64,000 bases of DNA, taken from Ptychomitrium polyphyllum (lineage: Eukaryota). The notes below the pieces were generated by a model. It was not told the origin of the DNA and did not search any database. It was given only the letters and a program-made list of their open reading frames with translations. Made by a program: the position numbers and the translations under genes. This document shows, in pieces, positions 37,601 through 49,700 of the stretch (the first letter of the stretch is position 1; each line of letters opens with the position of its first letter). The stretch lies in the NCBI GenBank assembly GCA_973851085.1, contig OZ316775.1:19034001-19098000 (forward strand). Reading direction: 5' to 3'.

Positions 37601-38450
37601 ACTATCTTCTAAGACTATTAATAAACTACATATTTATTTTCAAAATCACAACAAATCAATTATCTTCTAGCCTTTTTATCATTACTTATTCCATTCAAAT
37701 TTGGTTTGTTCAATTAACAACAAAAAACTATATAATAGCACAAGGCATTGAATTCAACTTAAAACATATAAAAATGAGGGAATTGAAATGTATAAAAGAA
37801 ACTCAATAAAAATTATAACTTTTTCACATTAATTGAATCTAGTATTATATAATTTTTATGTGGCACACAAATAATAAATGTATATTAATATGTATTAATA
37901 AAAAAATGTATACAAATACACATAGATAGTTGAATATAAAAATTTTATAAATTTTTTATAAATTTTCATTTGGTTAAAAATCAAGCGCTTTGATTAAAAG
38001 AAATTGATTATTTTTAGCATGCCAAATTTTTTTTGATAAAACTTTTATCTATTCAAAATTATATCTAATCTAATTTAATGTTCTTTATTTATTAACTAAT
38101 TGATTTATTTTTGGTTGTTTATTTGTTTTATAAGACAATAGTGTTCAAGCTAAAAATTGTTAAATAAAAAACTTAATTACGGAAATTATTAAAATGTTAA
38201 AATTCAAAATTGATCCACATTATACATTGTAGGTATTTCATAAAATTGTTTGGTTGGGTTTTCCACATTCACTTCCATTTACACTTATAAGACTTCAAAA
38301 GATCTGATAAAGCTATTAGTTCCTTTTGAAGTTTATACAAAATCACTGAATTCACAAATGCTTTATGAATGGATAATTCACATTTCAAACTTTGCATTAA
38401 AACGCCCTAAAGAGTTAAAACGAAATAAACAAATCATGTTTAAGGTGAAT
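34700..38450. other. Extremely AT-rich non-coding tract (probable ancient TE relic)
   Basis: Long A/T runs, almost no CpG, only spurious ORFs. Confidence 0.5.
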
Positions 38451-41400
38451 CATAAATAAATGATCAGTCAGGCAGTAGCATGCTCAAATAGACTAAGTTA
38501 ACATAAAATGGTACATGTGTGTAATTCATTGAATAAAAGAACGTGTAACATTTGCAAAATCATGACAAATTCTTGGCTGTGAAGACTAAAGTTTCTTCAA
38601 GCGACGTCCAAATAAATATTGATTTGTTGTGTTGCAATCCTTCTGGAATTGGAGATAAAACCCTTAAAAATGAAAAAAAAACTTCAACCACAGAGTCTAA
38701 CCATACTCAATCTTTGGAAGTCCCTAAAACGGATTCCCTGTGCTCCAGTGATAGCACCCTTCTGCTACATACATTCTGTCAAATGTATTTGGAGAGAAAG
38801 CCCCTTCACAGCTGTAATGTTTGGCAATGTGTTTGAGAGAAACTCCACCAGGTGAGAGCTCTTTATTGTGAATACACTACTCCCAGAAAGGCTACTACAT
38901 GGCATAAGGCCTGTGGGTTTGGAGGTGGGGCCCAGGGCAGGGGCTGGCCCAAGGACCACACAAGGGCAAAACATGAGATCGCTGGCCACGTGGAGGGTAC
39001 TTGAAGCTCCTCATGGATTCATTATCATCTAGTCTTCCAGTACACTTGCTACTAAGCTAGGCAATGAGTAATGGTTGTATACCAGGTACGCCCTACGCTT
39101 CAATCAGGTGACCACTCCATGTCATCATCATAGGTGAATGAGTTAAATGATCCTCTACTTCTAAAAGAGAATCATCTCAACTTCTTCTTAGTGAAAACCG
39201 TTTTACTACTGTTTAGCATGCCTGGTGATTATTACCCAGTGGATCTTACATGAGGGCCATCTGCAGTGCATGTGAGGGCCTTGCGACTCTGGGAGAGGCC
39301 TACCAACTTCCTGCCTGGCTGAGCTTTGGCAGTACCAGCAGCCTCAAAAAAAATTGTTTTTGCCTCCAGTGTCACACTATCTGTAACCATGGCAACACTG
39401 AGGTTGCAAGTTCCTGCCCTATGCCAACCTCCAGAAACACCAATCCAGTATTCTCAATTGCAATGATATCTTTGCACTGGGTGGACATTGTTGGGAATTA
39501 TGATTTGGTGATAAATGAAGACCTTCTGCAACTGGCCAGTATACAAGAATTGGATCCTGTGTTTCATTCTAACCTAGAGGTTTGAACTAGATTCATTGGA
39601 GTCTCTGTTTGCGGAATGATTCAAGAGATAAGTTGCTTTGAGTTCAGTGCCTGGCATGAGCTCTGAGCCCTTGAGCTTTCCTCTAAAACCCACTTTGTAG
39701 TAGCTGTAGGAAATGATTGTAGTAGTGGTATGAATGGGTGGGACATTCATGTTAATATTGTGTTGTTCTTTTCATATCCTAGACTGTTGAAGCTGTCCGA
39801 TGTATGATTATTTGTCCCATTGAGCAGTTCCTCAGGCTGTCTTTTCTTAGCTACACTGGCAGAAATGTTGTGACTTGTGAATTTACAGGTAGTGTAGAAT
39901 GGCCAAGTCTTGGCAGGAAGGAGACCCTAGAGATAAAATAGCCAGCAAATTAATGCTGTTTGTACTTTACTTCACCATCCTTTTACTTTTACTTTTTCCC
40001 TCTCCTAATTTTTGGCTCTTGGGAAATTTACATATTGTGCCCCCTACTACTCATGGATTTCTTACCTATACAAAAATGCCATATCTGCTGTCCTTTGTAG
40101 TCATAGTACAGGAAAGATAAATACATCAGCAGTCATAGGTCTTGAAAAACATGGCACACCACACATATCACATTCTTGAGTAAATTTATATGTAGACTAT
40201 CTATCAGACCAACACTGGTATTATATGGAATCAACATTAATGTCAACATTCTTCATGTCCAATAAGTTTTAACATATCTGTGGAGCTGGCATAACATACT
40301 TCAACAGTGATGTGGCTCTGGTTTTTGAATCTATGAGAAAATATCCCATGTATAGCATGAAATCTCAAAGAGCTGTATTGTTGCAAAGTAAACTGTTAGT
40401 AAAGGATTTTTAAACTAGGTAAATTTATACTTGCCCTCTTTATACAAGACTTAGTTACAACTACTAACCAAAAAATAGTCCCATCCACTGTTTAGTGTAT
40501 GTTACAGTCAAACTGCTTAGCCAATGTTAAATTGGAAGAAAGCAAATAGGGTCAAAAAAGAAGAGATGTGGAAGGAGGGGACCTGTGCCAACTGTTGATG
40601 AATGGTCTAGAGCCATGGAACACAAATGTGGTGAAGGATGGGCTGTCACACAGCTTCTTGCCTTTGGACTCTCACACTCCCACAAACAATGAGGACTCCT
40701 GAAACTTAAAATTTGTCTCCAAAACAGCAGCACTCCTCTCACAGTGCACTAAAAATTCTAATTAGTGAGGTTCCACTATTTCATGATTCTGAGCAATCAC
40801 TCAATTTACATGTTATGATTTGAAGAGAAATCTCCATTTACTGATGTTTAGAGTAGTGAAACTATGAATCTGAGAGTTTCATACTGAAAACTTTGAGTGC
40901 AGCAATGTGGCATGCTTCATATCACTGCACTGCTTATAGTTGTGGCATTCTTCTGATTATGTCCAACATTCTTAAGTTGAAAGGACACTTAAATCATGCT
41001 AGTGGTAGATAAATGCCAGAGCTCAACACTAAGTGGTATGCTTAAAATTGTTATGCACTCCCTGTAAACTGTGACAATATTTGGTGTTTGTTTGAATTCC
41101 ATATGATGTGGTGCAAATCAATCTAGACTTACATCAATATACATGCTCCAATTTATAGGTTTTGTATTTTTTAAGACTAATTTCTGTAATCTGTACCTGT
41201 TTTCTTCAATTACTAATGTTTCACTTTTAAATACAATTATTTTTAATATAGTGTCATGGTAAATTACTATGTAAATGACATTATTAAAAATCAACTTTAG
41301 ATATCTTTGTTTTTTAATAAAAAATTTATTTTTAATTAATGTTGGTTAGTTTAAATTTGATGTTCAACTTTGTATTTAAAATTGGTTACACTAATTACAA

Positions 41401-43551
41401 TAATTTATGCTTCAAGAAGGGTTTTGCTGTGAGTTTATCAAATTTTTTCTCTTTTAGCTGAGTTTATGGTTAACTCTATCTTCAATTATTGTTTACATAG
41501 GGTAAAAAAATGTTCAAAAAACGGATAAATGTTATGAAATTTCCTGTTTAAGCACAATATTCAAATGCAAGAGGCCTTTCACTGTTGAGGTAATCTTTAT
41601 TATAAACTTTTTCAAAATTTGAGAAATGATGATCATTTCTATAGAAGGTCCCTTTCATGATTTTAAAGATCTTCAAACTTGTCGGATGTGATGCCTCAGC
41701 TAAGTACTGACTCTAAGAGGGAAAAAGTGATGGGAGTTTTGTGGCTCTAGTCTCCAACACCTACAAAGCTGTGAATCCCTCAGCTCAAAATGATACACTG
41801 TTCCTAAAAGTTCATTCTTATTCACAAATGATTCAACAGCAACAAAGGGTTTGTCACTGTCAATTATTGAAGTGCATCTTTGGGAACCAAAGTAGGGCCC
41901 AAAGATAAATTTGATGCAGGATACATGCATCCCTTTGACAACTCCACAGTCATGCTTCATACTTAAGAGGCCTATCCTGAATCTTTCATCATCTCTTGAA
42001 TTGTGACATTCAATTTCATGAATACTGGAAATTGAGGCATGGAATAAGTTGAGGTGGACCTAAATTGAAAAGTGTCTGGCAGTGACTTAATGAGGCAGTC
42101 TCCTCTGTGAGAAAAGAACTCAATAGCCCCATGCTGTACCTTTCAAAAGCTTTTCCAGAATCAGGGATCTTTGATTTTTGTGTTGGACATGATCCAAATA
42201 GGATCGATGCTGAGATTCAACAAAGAAATTGATTCTTCATCTCTGTTGGTTGAGTTCCAATGGGCTTACCTGCCAGCATCCTTGCCAAGTGTTTTTTCTG
42301 ATGGAGCTGATACTTATTTATGATGATTCTGGGGCCCTAATTGGATCGAATCAACTGTACAGAAAGGCCAGTACAAGAACACATACAGTGCAGATACCCA
42401 GGTGCTACAGCTCTATCTTCACCAGTTCCTGTTGAATCACGGTGGAACAAAATTCCTAATTGCTAACTGCAGAGACCGTTTTACTTTAGTCAATCCCATG
42501 CAACTGTAGCAACTTTGTTATTCATTTCGACATTACATTTCCAATGCAAAAACTTTCTTTATTTCCTTGATTCAAAATGGTTTAGAATACAACTGTATTA
42601 CAAAGTAATGAACTCATGAGATACGATATTCAAATATAGTTCATCAGAGCACAGTATTGTCTGGAAGCAGACCTTGCAGTGCAGAGTGAAAATCGTCCGT
42701 GCTGCAAAAATGGAATGAATCCAACTTTTCCAAAAAGGTTAAACATATCATTGACTTATCATTGACGTAACAATTGCATCAATATGTGACATCAGGATGA
42801 ATAATAACTGGTTACTTCTCACCGATAAATCTATCAACGGTGAACTTCAAAGCATACTTCTGTTATTGACATACCACACTTCTGAACTGTAACAGAAAAG
42901 TGGGACTCTCTTGTCCAACCTCAATATGTGTGACATACATCAAAGAAGAAGCTGAATGTCAGTATCTAGATATTAACGAACTTGGAGGGCAGACATACAA
43001 ATTGTCAAATTATAATTCCAGAATGTGATAAACTCTTCTCAGTGCAATAGCATAAAAAGATCAAATCAGCATTTCCATCAAGAAAATAAGCTCTCAAAAA
43101 TCCAAAGTTTGGCACAAGAACCTAACACAGGATCGTCTAGTACAGATGAGGTTGCTACCCAATAATTGAGCTCTTTCAAGAGTGTCGGATGATACCTAAT
43201 TTAGGTTGAGGAATTTTGGTACATGAGCTGAGGAGTCTTCCCGAAGACATGCTCGTTACTCGCACGTGGAAGCCCTAGTACAATCTTTTGAAAGTAATAT
43301 AATACTTGGAAACCCCAGAAGGAACAAAATTGGGCTAGCTCACTAATGTTGATGCCCGTTCCGTTAATTCAATAAGAGTCCAAAAACAAGTATCAGTCTT
43401 CTTGAATTTGCAAAGCTCTAGTTCTAGTACTGGTCCACGCTAGTGGATGTGCAATATCTCGGTGGTAATGAAACGGGAATAAGTCACAAACTCGTATTTA
43501 CGATGTTAAAGACCTTCTTCCTGATGATGTCCCCATCTATTTACTTGATTT

Positions 43552-44290
43552 CTACACTCTGTCAGCAGTAGGGTCCTCTTGAACACCTGCAATGTCCGCA
43601 TCAACACCTGACCTTTCTGCAGTGACATCGCCCAACCCTTCGTTACCTTCACTAACGGGGGCTACATGTTCGCCGTAAACGTCAGAAGCTCTCGCAATAT
43701 TAGGGCTGAGCGGGGCAGCTTTGTCAAGCGAAAGCGGGATTCCCTCTTCTTCAAAATCCATATTTTCTTCACGGTCGTACCCTTCCTCGTCATTGACAGC
43801 GTCTGGATATAAGTCGAGTTTAGCTTGATCCCTCTTTTCTGAATCCAACGTCTCAATTAGGTCTGGGGTGGAGGGCGTTACTCCTTTCATGTGACCTGCA
43901 GTAAGGTAATAGCAAAACCATCCGAACACAAGAATCATTGGCAACCTTACATGAAAGTATTTCATAAAAGTCACTATTCTGGCAAAGCTGAAAAATCAGA
44001 ACATGATGCGTATGTGAAATGCAAGCCCAGCAGTACGGGACAATATACTCACGTACTCGGCGCTTCTGCTTCCTCGCTAGAATTTTATCATAGTCTCTCC
44101 GAGATCCGCCGGACGAAGCTCGACAATCTAAACAAGCACATGCTTTCCAATCTCTACGATATTGACGCGGACGGAAAACCAAACCCCCTGAGGACGATGC
44201 CACGTTCCAGTTGCTGTAGCTTTTGGGCTTAACGACACCAAAGCTTAAACCAAACAAACTCAACTGTGCGTTCACCACCGCCATCGACAT
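43552..44290 (-). CDS. Unknown 193-aa protein, 2 exons (44290-44053, 43895-43552); plastid-transit-like N-terminus, acidic C-terminus
   Basis: Donor C|GTGAGT and acceptor CTGCAG|G join in phase 1 to give ...ARKQKRRVR|HMKGVTPSTPDL...; Ser/Arg-rich N-terminus. Confidence 0.6.
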
Positions 44291-46720
44291 GTCACAAACA
44301 ACAACACTCCACAGTCCTCTGCTAAAACACCAGACAATCACATCGTCGGCTTTAGCCCTACAAAAAAGAACGCAAACATCCTCGACAAGCAGAATCTTCG
44401 TCACAAACAAATAGCATCACAACCTCCATCCAATCACTTCCAATGCACAAGCGCGGCTAGGGATGCATAAGCTCTCACGACACATGACTTCACAAGCTAT
44501 GAAACCCTACCCCTCTAAACACTCATCTAAACAATGGCATACCTAAAGGAGAAACGATCTCTTATTCCAATGCACTCTCAAGTAGAAACTCAGCAACGAC
44601 AACCTGGTAGCTCACACAACCCCTTCCCGTGAGAAGATGTTGCACAACTGTCACTTCCGTGCGACACCTCTTGCTAAAACCTCCGACCCTGAACCCACAG
44701 AAGCGCACAACCAGTCTCTTCCGGATCCTGCTCCTGCTAATCCTTCGACTCTAAATCCCCACCGAACCACCGAACACTCACAGCTACATTCAAAACTCGA
44801 GCAATCACAGCGCACCTTCGAACTCACGACAGACCGCCACCGCCTCGACACCTTCACGTCAGCACCAAGTATGTCGATGTTTACCCGGGGACGGTACTGC
44901 GGCGATGCGAATCCTTTATCTCAGCTCGCAGAGGTTCTGGAGTGTCGTCACACTCGTGAAGTTTCTCCACGGATGGCGGACATCACGCAGGAACGTCGTG
45001 CGATGTTTTGGTTCAGGGGTTTCGGTGCCTAACGAAAATAGGAGCCCTGATCCTTTGCTGCGGCCATGTCAGCATCCCATCCCCAAGCGTGGCCCACATG
45101 CGCTCGCCCATGCGTCGCCTGCACACAATCGGCCGCTGCCAATCTCTTGTGCCGGGTTGGCACGCCATCGCTCTCGTCAGCCCTTGCGGAGCTCAGCTTC
45201 TGCGTGCACCCCTGCGAGGTAACGCTCTGTCCACCCAGCTTTGCAGCTCTCGTTTGGTTCTCGCTTCCTCTCTTTCCTTCCTGTCTGCTGGATCGGTCGG
45301 TGGAGCTAGAGTATCGCAAGCAGTTGACAGCAGCTTGGCAGGTGACGGTCTGTGGGATTCTACAGATGGGGTAGCTGGGGGTTGCCAGGGTTTCACGTGT
45401 CACTTTCTGTGGTTGGGGGTTCTGCTCGGGCGAGCAGTTCTTGCTTTTGGGGAGGGTGTGTGTGATTTGGAGCTCAGGTATTCACGGATCGAGACCCGGC
45501 TGAACGAAGTGGTTGTTTCGGAGATTGTGGCTCAGGCGCAGATTTCAGGGGTCCTGGTGGGCGAAGGGTGGCGATTTTGCTTTGCTAGAAAACATGTGGG
45601 TCGGATTTGCGAGAGCTGGAATGAGCAGATACTGGTTGGCTGCCGTGTGGGATGTGGATTTTGGGGTCGGTTGCATGAGGTGGATTTCATGAGTTTGGAC
45701 ATGGTTGAGGTCACGTGAAACGTGAATGTGTTCCGTGCCCGAATCCGTCGAGGATAGTTTCCTGGCGAGGCCGTGGATTCAGAGGTTGCACAGTTGGGTT
45801 CGTCTGGATCCTTTGTGTTGCCGTGGAGCTTGGGGTGTAGGTGTTTGTCTTTGGTTTGATGGATGGTGGGTTGGGTTGAATTGGTGACGCAGTTCGTTGC
45901 ATTGAGGGGGGCGCCGTTTTCACGTAGGTGGGGAGAAGAGGAGGCCGGGGAACGATATTCTGGTGCAGTTCATTGTCTACTTTCGGGCGAAGTGTTCCTG
46001 AAGGGGGAGCTGTTTTGTGTGAGAGGGGCGATGTTATACGGTCAGAACTTGTCAAGGAAGACACATCGATGTTATGCACCCTGTACCGCATGTATCGTGT
46101 GGCCTCTGGCTGCATAGTAGGCAACTAAGACGAGCAGGTCTTCAAGGCCTGTAGTAACATGAAGGTATTGGATGATGGCTTAGTAGCTTTTCGAGCACCG
46201 AATGCTGAAGCGAAGCGTCGACGTGTTTGAGTTTGTGCAGTGAACAGACCATACACGAGTGGGCATGGGATAAGTGTTTGAGGAAGAAGATTTGTTTATT
46301 TAAGACTCACAGGATTGTTGAGTTGAAAACGGGACTGCAGTACTTTAGCCGGACAATGGTTTGCCGAGTTTTGACGGAGTCATAAGGACTGGCAACATTT
46401 ACTAGGCTAGGATCTTGCTTCGGCAGACTAACGAGGTACAGTGCGTCGAACTTACAGAAAAAGCAAATTGACAAGCTTTGCGAGGGTTCAGATGGTGTGC
46501 ACGTTTTGATTGGGTAGGATGTGTGATGCTTAATGGGGTCTGTCTTAGAAGCTGAGTGCAGATGGGATAGGAAGTGATCAGGATGAGCAGCGTCTGAGGC
46601 GGGGGAATAAATGTCGGCCTAACATTCCTCGTCATGGTCGCCAACTCCTCTTCCTTTTCAATATAATTGTAGCTGCCAATTTGGATGCAGCACTATCACA
46701 GCAGCAGTGGGACGGGAGCC

Positions 46721-49700
46721 ATGGGGAGCGATGTTCGCCCTCCGAAGAGATTGTGTATGAGGGAGGATGGAGGGAGCACAAGTACCGGTGAGAGTTTTTT
46801 GTGATTTTAGTCGCCTTCTAGGAGCATCATTTACTCTCATAGGGATTTGAATTTGATCGACAATTTGAGTTGATGAAATTTGAGCTGATGAATTTGGGTT
46901 TCTTACTTTCTAAATCACTGTCGTCACCCGTTGTTCTATTATGTAGCTGGGCTTTCAAGGTACGACGTATTCATAAGCCATCGAGGCCCTGATACAAAGG
47001 CGACCTTTGTGAGCTTTCTCCAGAAGGAACTGGATGCAAGTGGACTGCGGTCATTCTTAGATTGCAAATCCATCGGTTTTGGTGAGGATAATTGGGAATG
47101 TATAGGGCATGCCATTGAGAAGACGCCCATATGCGTGGTCGTCTTTTCGGAGAATTTTGCAGAGTCGGAGTGGTGTATGAGGGAGTTGCACGTCATGTTG
47201 CGTAGTCCTGGCGTGAAGGTCCTACCCGTCTTCTTCAACGTGCGACCGAGCGAAGTGAGGTTCCCTGAGAGTGGTCAACTGAAACGCGGGTTTGAGAAGT
47301 TGATGACGCGACATGACAAGAAGGACATTGATCAGTATAGAGCAGATCTCAAAGAAGCATCAGGGCTTAGGGGATGGGAGCACTCAAGTACACAGAAGAG
47401 GTAAATGTTCTAAAATAACGCAGTATGACGAGTGCTCAGAATGAGATTGACATTGAGGATGGATATTGATGTACTGCGCATGATTTTGGTTGTAGGTTGC
47501 TTGGGGACCTGGTGACGGAGGTTGCTCGTGAAGTAATCAAACTGGCCAACAAGCCACTTCCTTTGGATGTAGGTGAATATGTCATTGGTGTTACACAAGT
47601 AGCAGATGAGATCATTGAGATCCTTGACAAGAAGGAGGTTTTGATTTTGGGATTGTGGGGAATGGGTGGAATTGGAAAGTCGACATTGGCAAGGGAGCTG
47701 TTCAACAAGTTGTCTAAAAGAGAGTTTGATTCAACATGCTTTGTTGAAGACATCGCGGAGAAGGTGAACCGAGGGGGCGTGGTAAGAGTACAAAGTCGTA
47801 TTTTGAAAGACTTGTGCAAAAATGGTCCAATGCAAATTGATGATAAATCTGAAGGGAAGTCCATTCTTGAAAAAAGGTTATGTGAGAAGCGAATTCTTTT
47901 GGTCTTGGATGATGTTTGTGACAAACATGAGAGGGAGTATTGGATATCCCGCAAAATGATGTCAAGGGGCAGCATGTGCATAGTGACATCCCGTGATAGG
48001 CGTGTGTTTGAGAGTATGATTTCATTTGATATCAGATGTGAGGTACATATCCACGATGTCCAAGCACTAAGCAAAGTGGATTCCAAATGGGTATTTGCAT
48101 CTTATGCATTTGGAGGTCATGGAAGAGTGAAGCGAGAAGTTGAAGAGTTGGTCACGAATATAAGTGAGGCATGTGGAGGAGTTCCATTGGTGCTAAAAGT
48201 GTGTGGAGCTCTCTTGAAAGGTGAGTGGAGTTTGGACGTTTGGAAAGATGTGATGAAGAAATTAAACCGTGGACGCATAATGGATGAAGAGAAGATCTTT
48301 GATTGTCTTCGAATTAGCTATGATGCTCTTCAACAAGAGCAACAACAGATGTTCTTAGATGTTGCAAGTGCATTGCTTGGAGAATCAAAAGATTTGGCCA
48401 TACGAGTGTGGAACTCACACGGGTGGAGTGCTATATTGGATGTGCGGAGCCTTGTGGAGAAGGCTTTGATCACTGTGGATTGGGCTGGGAACTTTAGGAT
48501 GCACGACCACTTGAGGGATATGGGACGTAAGATTATCATGGATGAAAGGCGGAAAAGTGGTGTTTGTAAACACTTATGGATGCCGGAGTCATTATTGATA
48601 CTTGAAGGCGAGGAGGTATGTTTTGAAATGCATATTTATTGGTCTCTTTATTTAATAACTTCATTTGTGAAGCATGAAGCATGTACGTAATGGATGTGGT
48701 TGGTAGTGTAGGGATATGATAGTGTTGTGTTTCAATTGTGCAAATTCCTTTGTGTGCATCAGAGTAATAAACATGCTTCTTGATTCATGTGATAGTTGAT
48801 GTTGGATGCTAAAATAGCTTTAATACATACGTTCTTTGCAGGCATTGCCAGGTTCTCTTGAAACAATGGTAATCTACAAGGATGGCAAAAATGTGGATGA
48901 TGAGGACAATGATTGTTTTGATGAGGAAGAAAATGAGCGGCATGGTGGTGATATCAATTTGGATGTGGTGCGTATGAAAGATTTGCGCATTTTAATATGT
49001 CATGGAAGCATAAATGTGACATCTGGGTTTGGAAAATCTTTGTGCTGGTTTAAATGCCAAAGATGGGAGCATACATATGGATGTATAAGTCCTATGATAT
49101 TGCCAAATAATAAGTTGGTGATCCTAAATTTGGTAGGATCTAAAAGATTAATTATACCGGAATGTTTTGGAAGCTTACGGAAGTTGGAAGTATTGGATCT
49201 AAGTAAATGTGGACACCTCAAAGCATTGCCCGCTTCTTTCAGGCGTTTGAGTAATTTGCAGAAGCTTCTCCTTGGTGGTTCTGGAATGGAGTGCTTGTTG
49301 GATTCTTTTGGTGAGTTGGCAAAGCTGGAAGAATTGTATTTGAGTGGATGTAGAGAACTCAAAATGCTTCCCGCTTCTTTTGGGCGTTTGTGTAATTTGC
49401 ACGAGCTTCACTTGAGTGGTTCTGGAATCGAGAGGTTGCCGGAATCTTTTGGTGAGTTGGTGAAATTGGAAGGGTTGAATTTGAGTGGATGTGGACAACT
49501 AAGAACACTTCCTACTTCTTTTGGGCGTTTGAATAAATTACAGAGGCTTCATCTTGATGGTTCTGGAATTGAGAGCTTGCCGGAATCTTTTGGTGAGTTG
49601 GTAAAGTTGGAAGTATTATATTTGAGTGAATGTGAACAACTCAAAATGTTATGCATTTCCTTTGGACAACTAAGGAATTTGGTGGAGCTTCGGCTTGAAT

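Noticed and set aside
44637..46128. Several 100-236-aa ORFs on both strands
   Set aside because: No recognisable domains; expected in GC-rich promoter/UTR sequence between divergent genes
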